From: Octopus sinensis
Lineage: Eukaryota
Direction: 5' to 3'
Length of the DNA stretch: 64,000 nucleotides
Assembly (NCBI RefSeq): GCF_006345805.1
Contig: NC_043004.1
Coordinates: forward strand, 69,130,001-69,194,000
Shown: positions 62,480-64,000 of the stretch, piece after piece
Layout: each line of letters begins with the position of its first letter
Position numbering within the stretch: the first letter of the stretch is position 1
Program-made: the position numbers and the translations under genes
The notes under the pieces: generated by a model
The model's database searches: none
What the model was told of the DNA's origin: nothing
Seen by the model: the letters and a program-made list of their open reading frames with translations, nothing else

Positions 62480-64000
62480 GTATTTTTTTTTGCAATCCTT
62501 GATTATTATGTCTGGGCATTTAGCTTTTATTTCTTTGTCCGTTTAAGCCGGTGATTGTCCCAGGTGATTGTAGCCTAGTCATTGTCTTGTACCTTGTTTG
62601 GCACATGTTTATACCACCTATTGTCAGTTTTAATGTTGTAATATTGGTGTATTATCCAGTGGATATAACTGCTTACTCGGTCGTGTCTGTATATATATTC
62701 AGATTTGGCAAGGACTGGGCAGCCCGAGATGATGTGGTCAACTGTCCCATTGCGCTGGTTGCACATTCTGCATTTGGTGTTAGGGCCTGTTTACATTATT
62801 TTATTTTTATAATTGTTTGTGGTCAGGCATTGGTCCTGTGCAGCGTGAATCAGACCTTCCATTTCAGCTTTTAACTCAGAGCTTTTGAGCCATTGTTGGC
62901 CTTTACTTAGAATCACTTCTCTGTCAAACATTGCAGGGTTTTGACTATGGAGTGCGTTCTCTCTTCATTTCTTCAGTATGTTTTGTAATTCTGTTTTTTA
63001 TTCTCTCTTTGACCATTTCTGCTATGCTGCCATCTGAGATCAGTTTGTCAGTGTAGTTTGTTTTATATTTGTCGCCTCCTTCTGTATAGAGAAAAGCGTT
63101 TTCTTTTTCTCGTGTTGCTTTACTACATGCAGTAGTCTTCCACTCTTTGTTTCTAAATATTTCCCCAGTTTAACTGTTGTTATTTTATCGTAGTTCTCTG
63201 TCTGAGCGGGGTAGATATGTTCTATCTGCGTCTGTTTTGGGGTGTTGACTTCTGTACGCTTTCAGTAGTTTTCTGGCTTTTCTGTCTAAGTTTCTCAATT
63301 CACTGCAGTAATTTGTGACTGGGATGGTTAATATGTTTAACCCTATTATCTTATTTTTAGCATTGAGTTCAGTGTTTAATATTAGCTTAACTCTTCTGTA
63401 ATACTCTCTCCTAATTTTTTCTTTCATTTTTGTGTGTTCGTCTATTCCTAGATATTTGTATGGGAAGTTGTGGTATAATTCTCTAATTTCTGTGTCTATG
63501 TCGAGTGCAGTGTTTTCAGTGCTGCTGATTAATTTGCCTCTTCTCGGTGTGACCCTGGCACATTAGTCCATCCCCATACTCATCCCGATATCCTTGCTGA
63601 AACTGTGAGCAATTTTGATAAGAACTCTCTGTTCCATGGTGCTTTTAGTGTAAAGTTTTAGGTCATCCATGTGCAGCAGATAGTTTATAGCACCTACAAC
63701 CCATGGTGGTTTCGTTTAACAAGCCTGTTAGCGGGGTCAGAGAAAGGCAGAAAATCCGAGATGACAGTGAGTCTCACTGGAAAATCTCCCTTCTTATGGG
63801 TATAGGGTAGGTTTTAATAACCTGAGGGTAATTTTTTAATGCTATATTGGTTTTCCAGTTTGACATTGCATGTTTTATATATATTTTAGTAGTGGTGGGG
63901 CTACCTTATTTGTGTGGAAAGATTTCAGTATCCATGAGTGTGGAACACAGTCGAATGCTTTCTGGTAATCAATCCGAGTCATGTTCAGATTTGTCTTTCA
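62480..64000 (-). mobile_element. Decayed Dong/R4-like LINE body (RT, thumb, CCHC), probably continuous with 60770-61200
   Basis: KAFDCVPHSWIL, GDFPVRL (FQGD region, frameshifted), LLHMDDLKLY, REYYRRVKLILNTELNAKNK, GTVDHIISGCPVLAKSEYIYRHDRV; runs off the window end. Confidence 0.88.

Overview
AT-rich, microsatellite-saturated eukaryotic DNA. The SINE, LINE and DNA-transposon repertoire points to a cephalopod, most likely Octopus (inference). No complete, recognisable host gene is present. Identifiable content: decayed mariner/Tc1 transposases; R4/Dong-type non-LTR retrotransposons (RT plus CCHC knuckle plus restriction-like endonuclease), several embedded in (TAA)n; Penelope-like remnants with minimal hammerhead-ribozyme-like cores; Helitron and hAT/mariner MITEs; and at least four tRNA-derived SINE families. 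A few + strand candidate exons occur, the best at 36448-36733 with a putative 79-nt 5'UTR intron whose splice sites lie inside a perfect 28-bp inverted repeat. Other notable structures: a 472-bp near-perfect palindrome, a SINE trimer flanked by one 18-bp TSD inside a hAT MITE, a LINE pile-up in a TAA microsatellite, a LINE carrying an inverted copy of its own 3' end, a 36 x 18-bp minisatellite with a palindromic unit, and a 2.05-kb tandem duplication that may be an assembly artefact. Boundaries were read by eye and are approximate unless a TSD, TIR or splice motif is cited.
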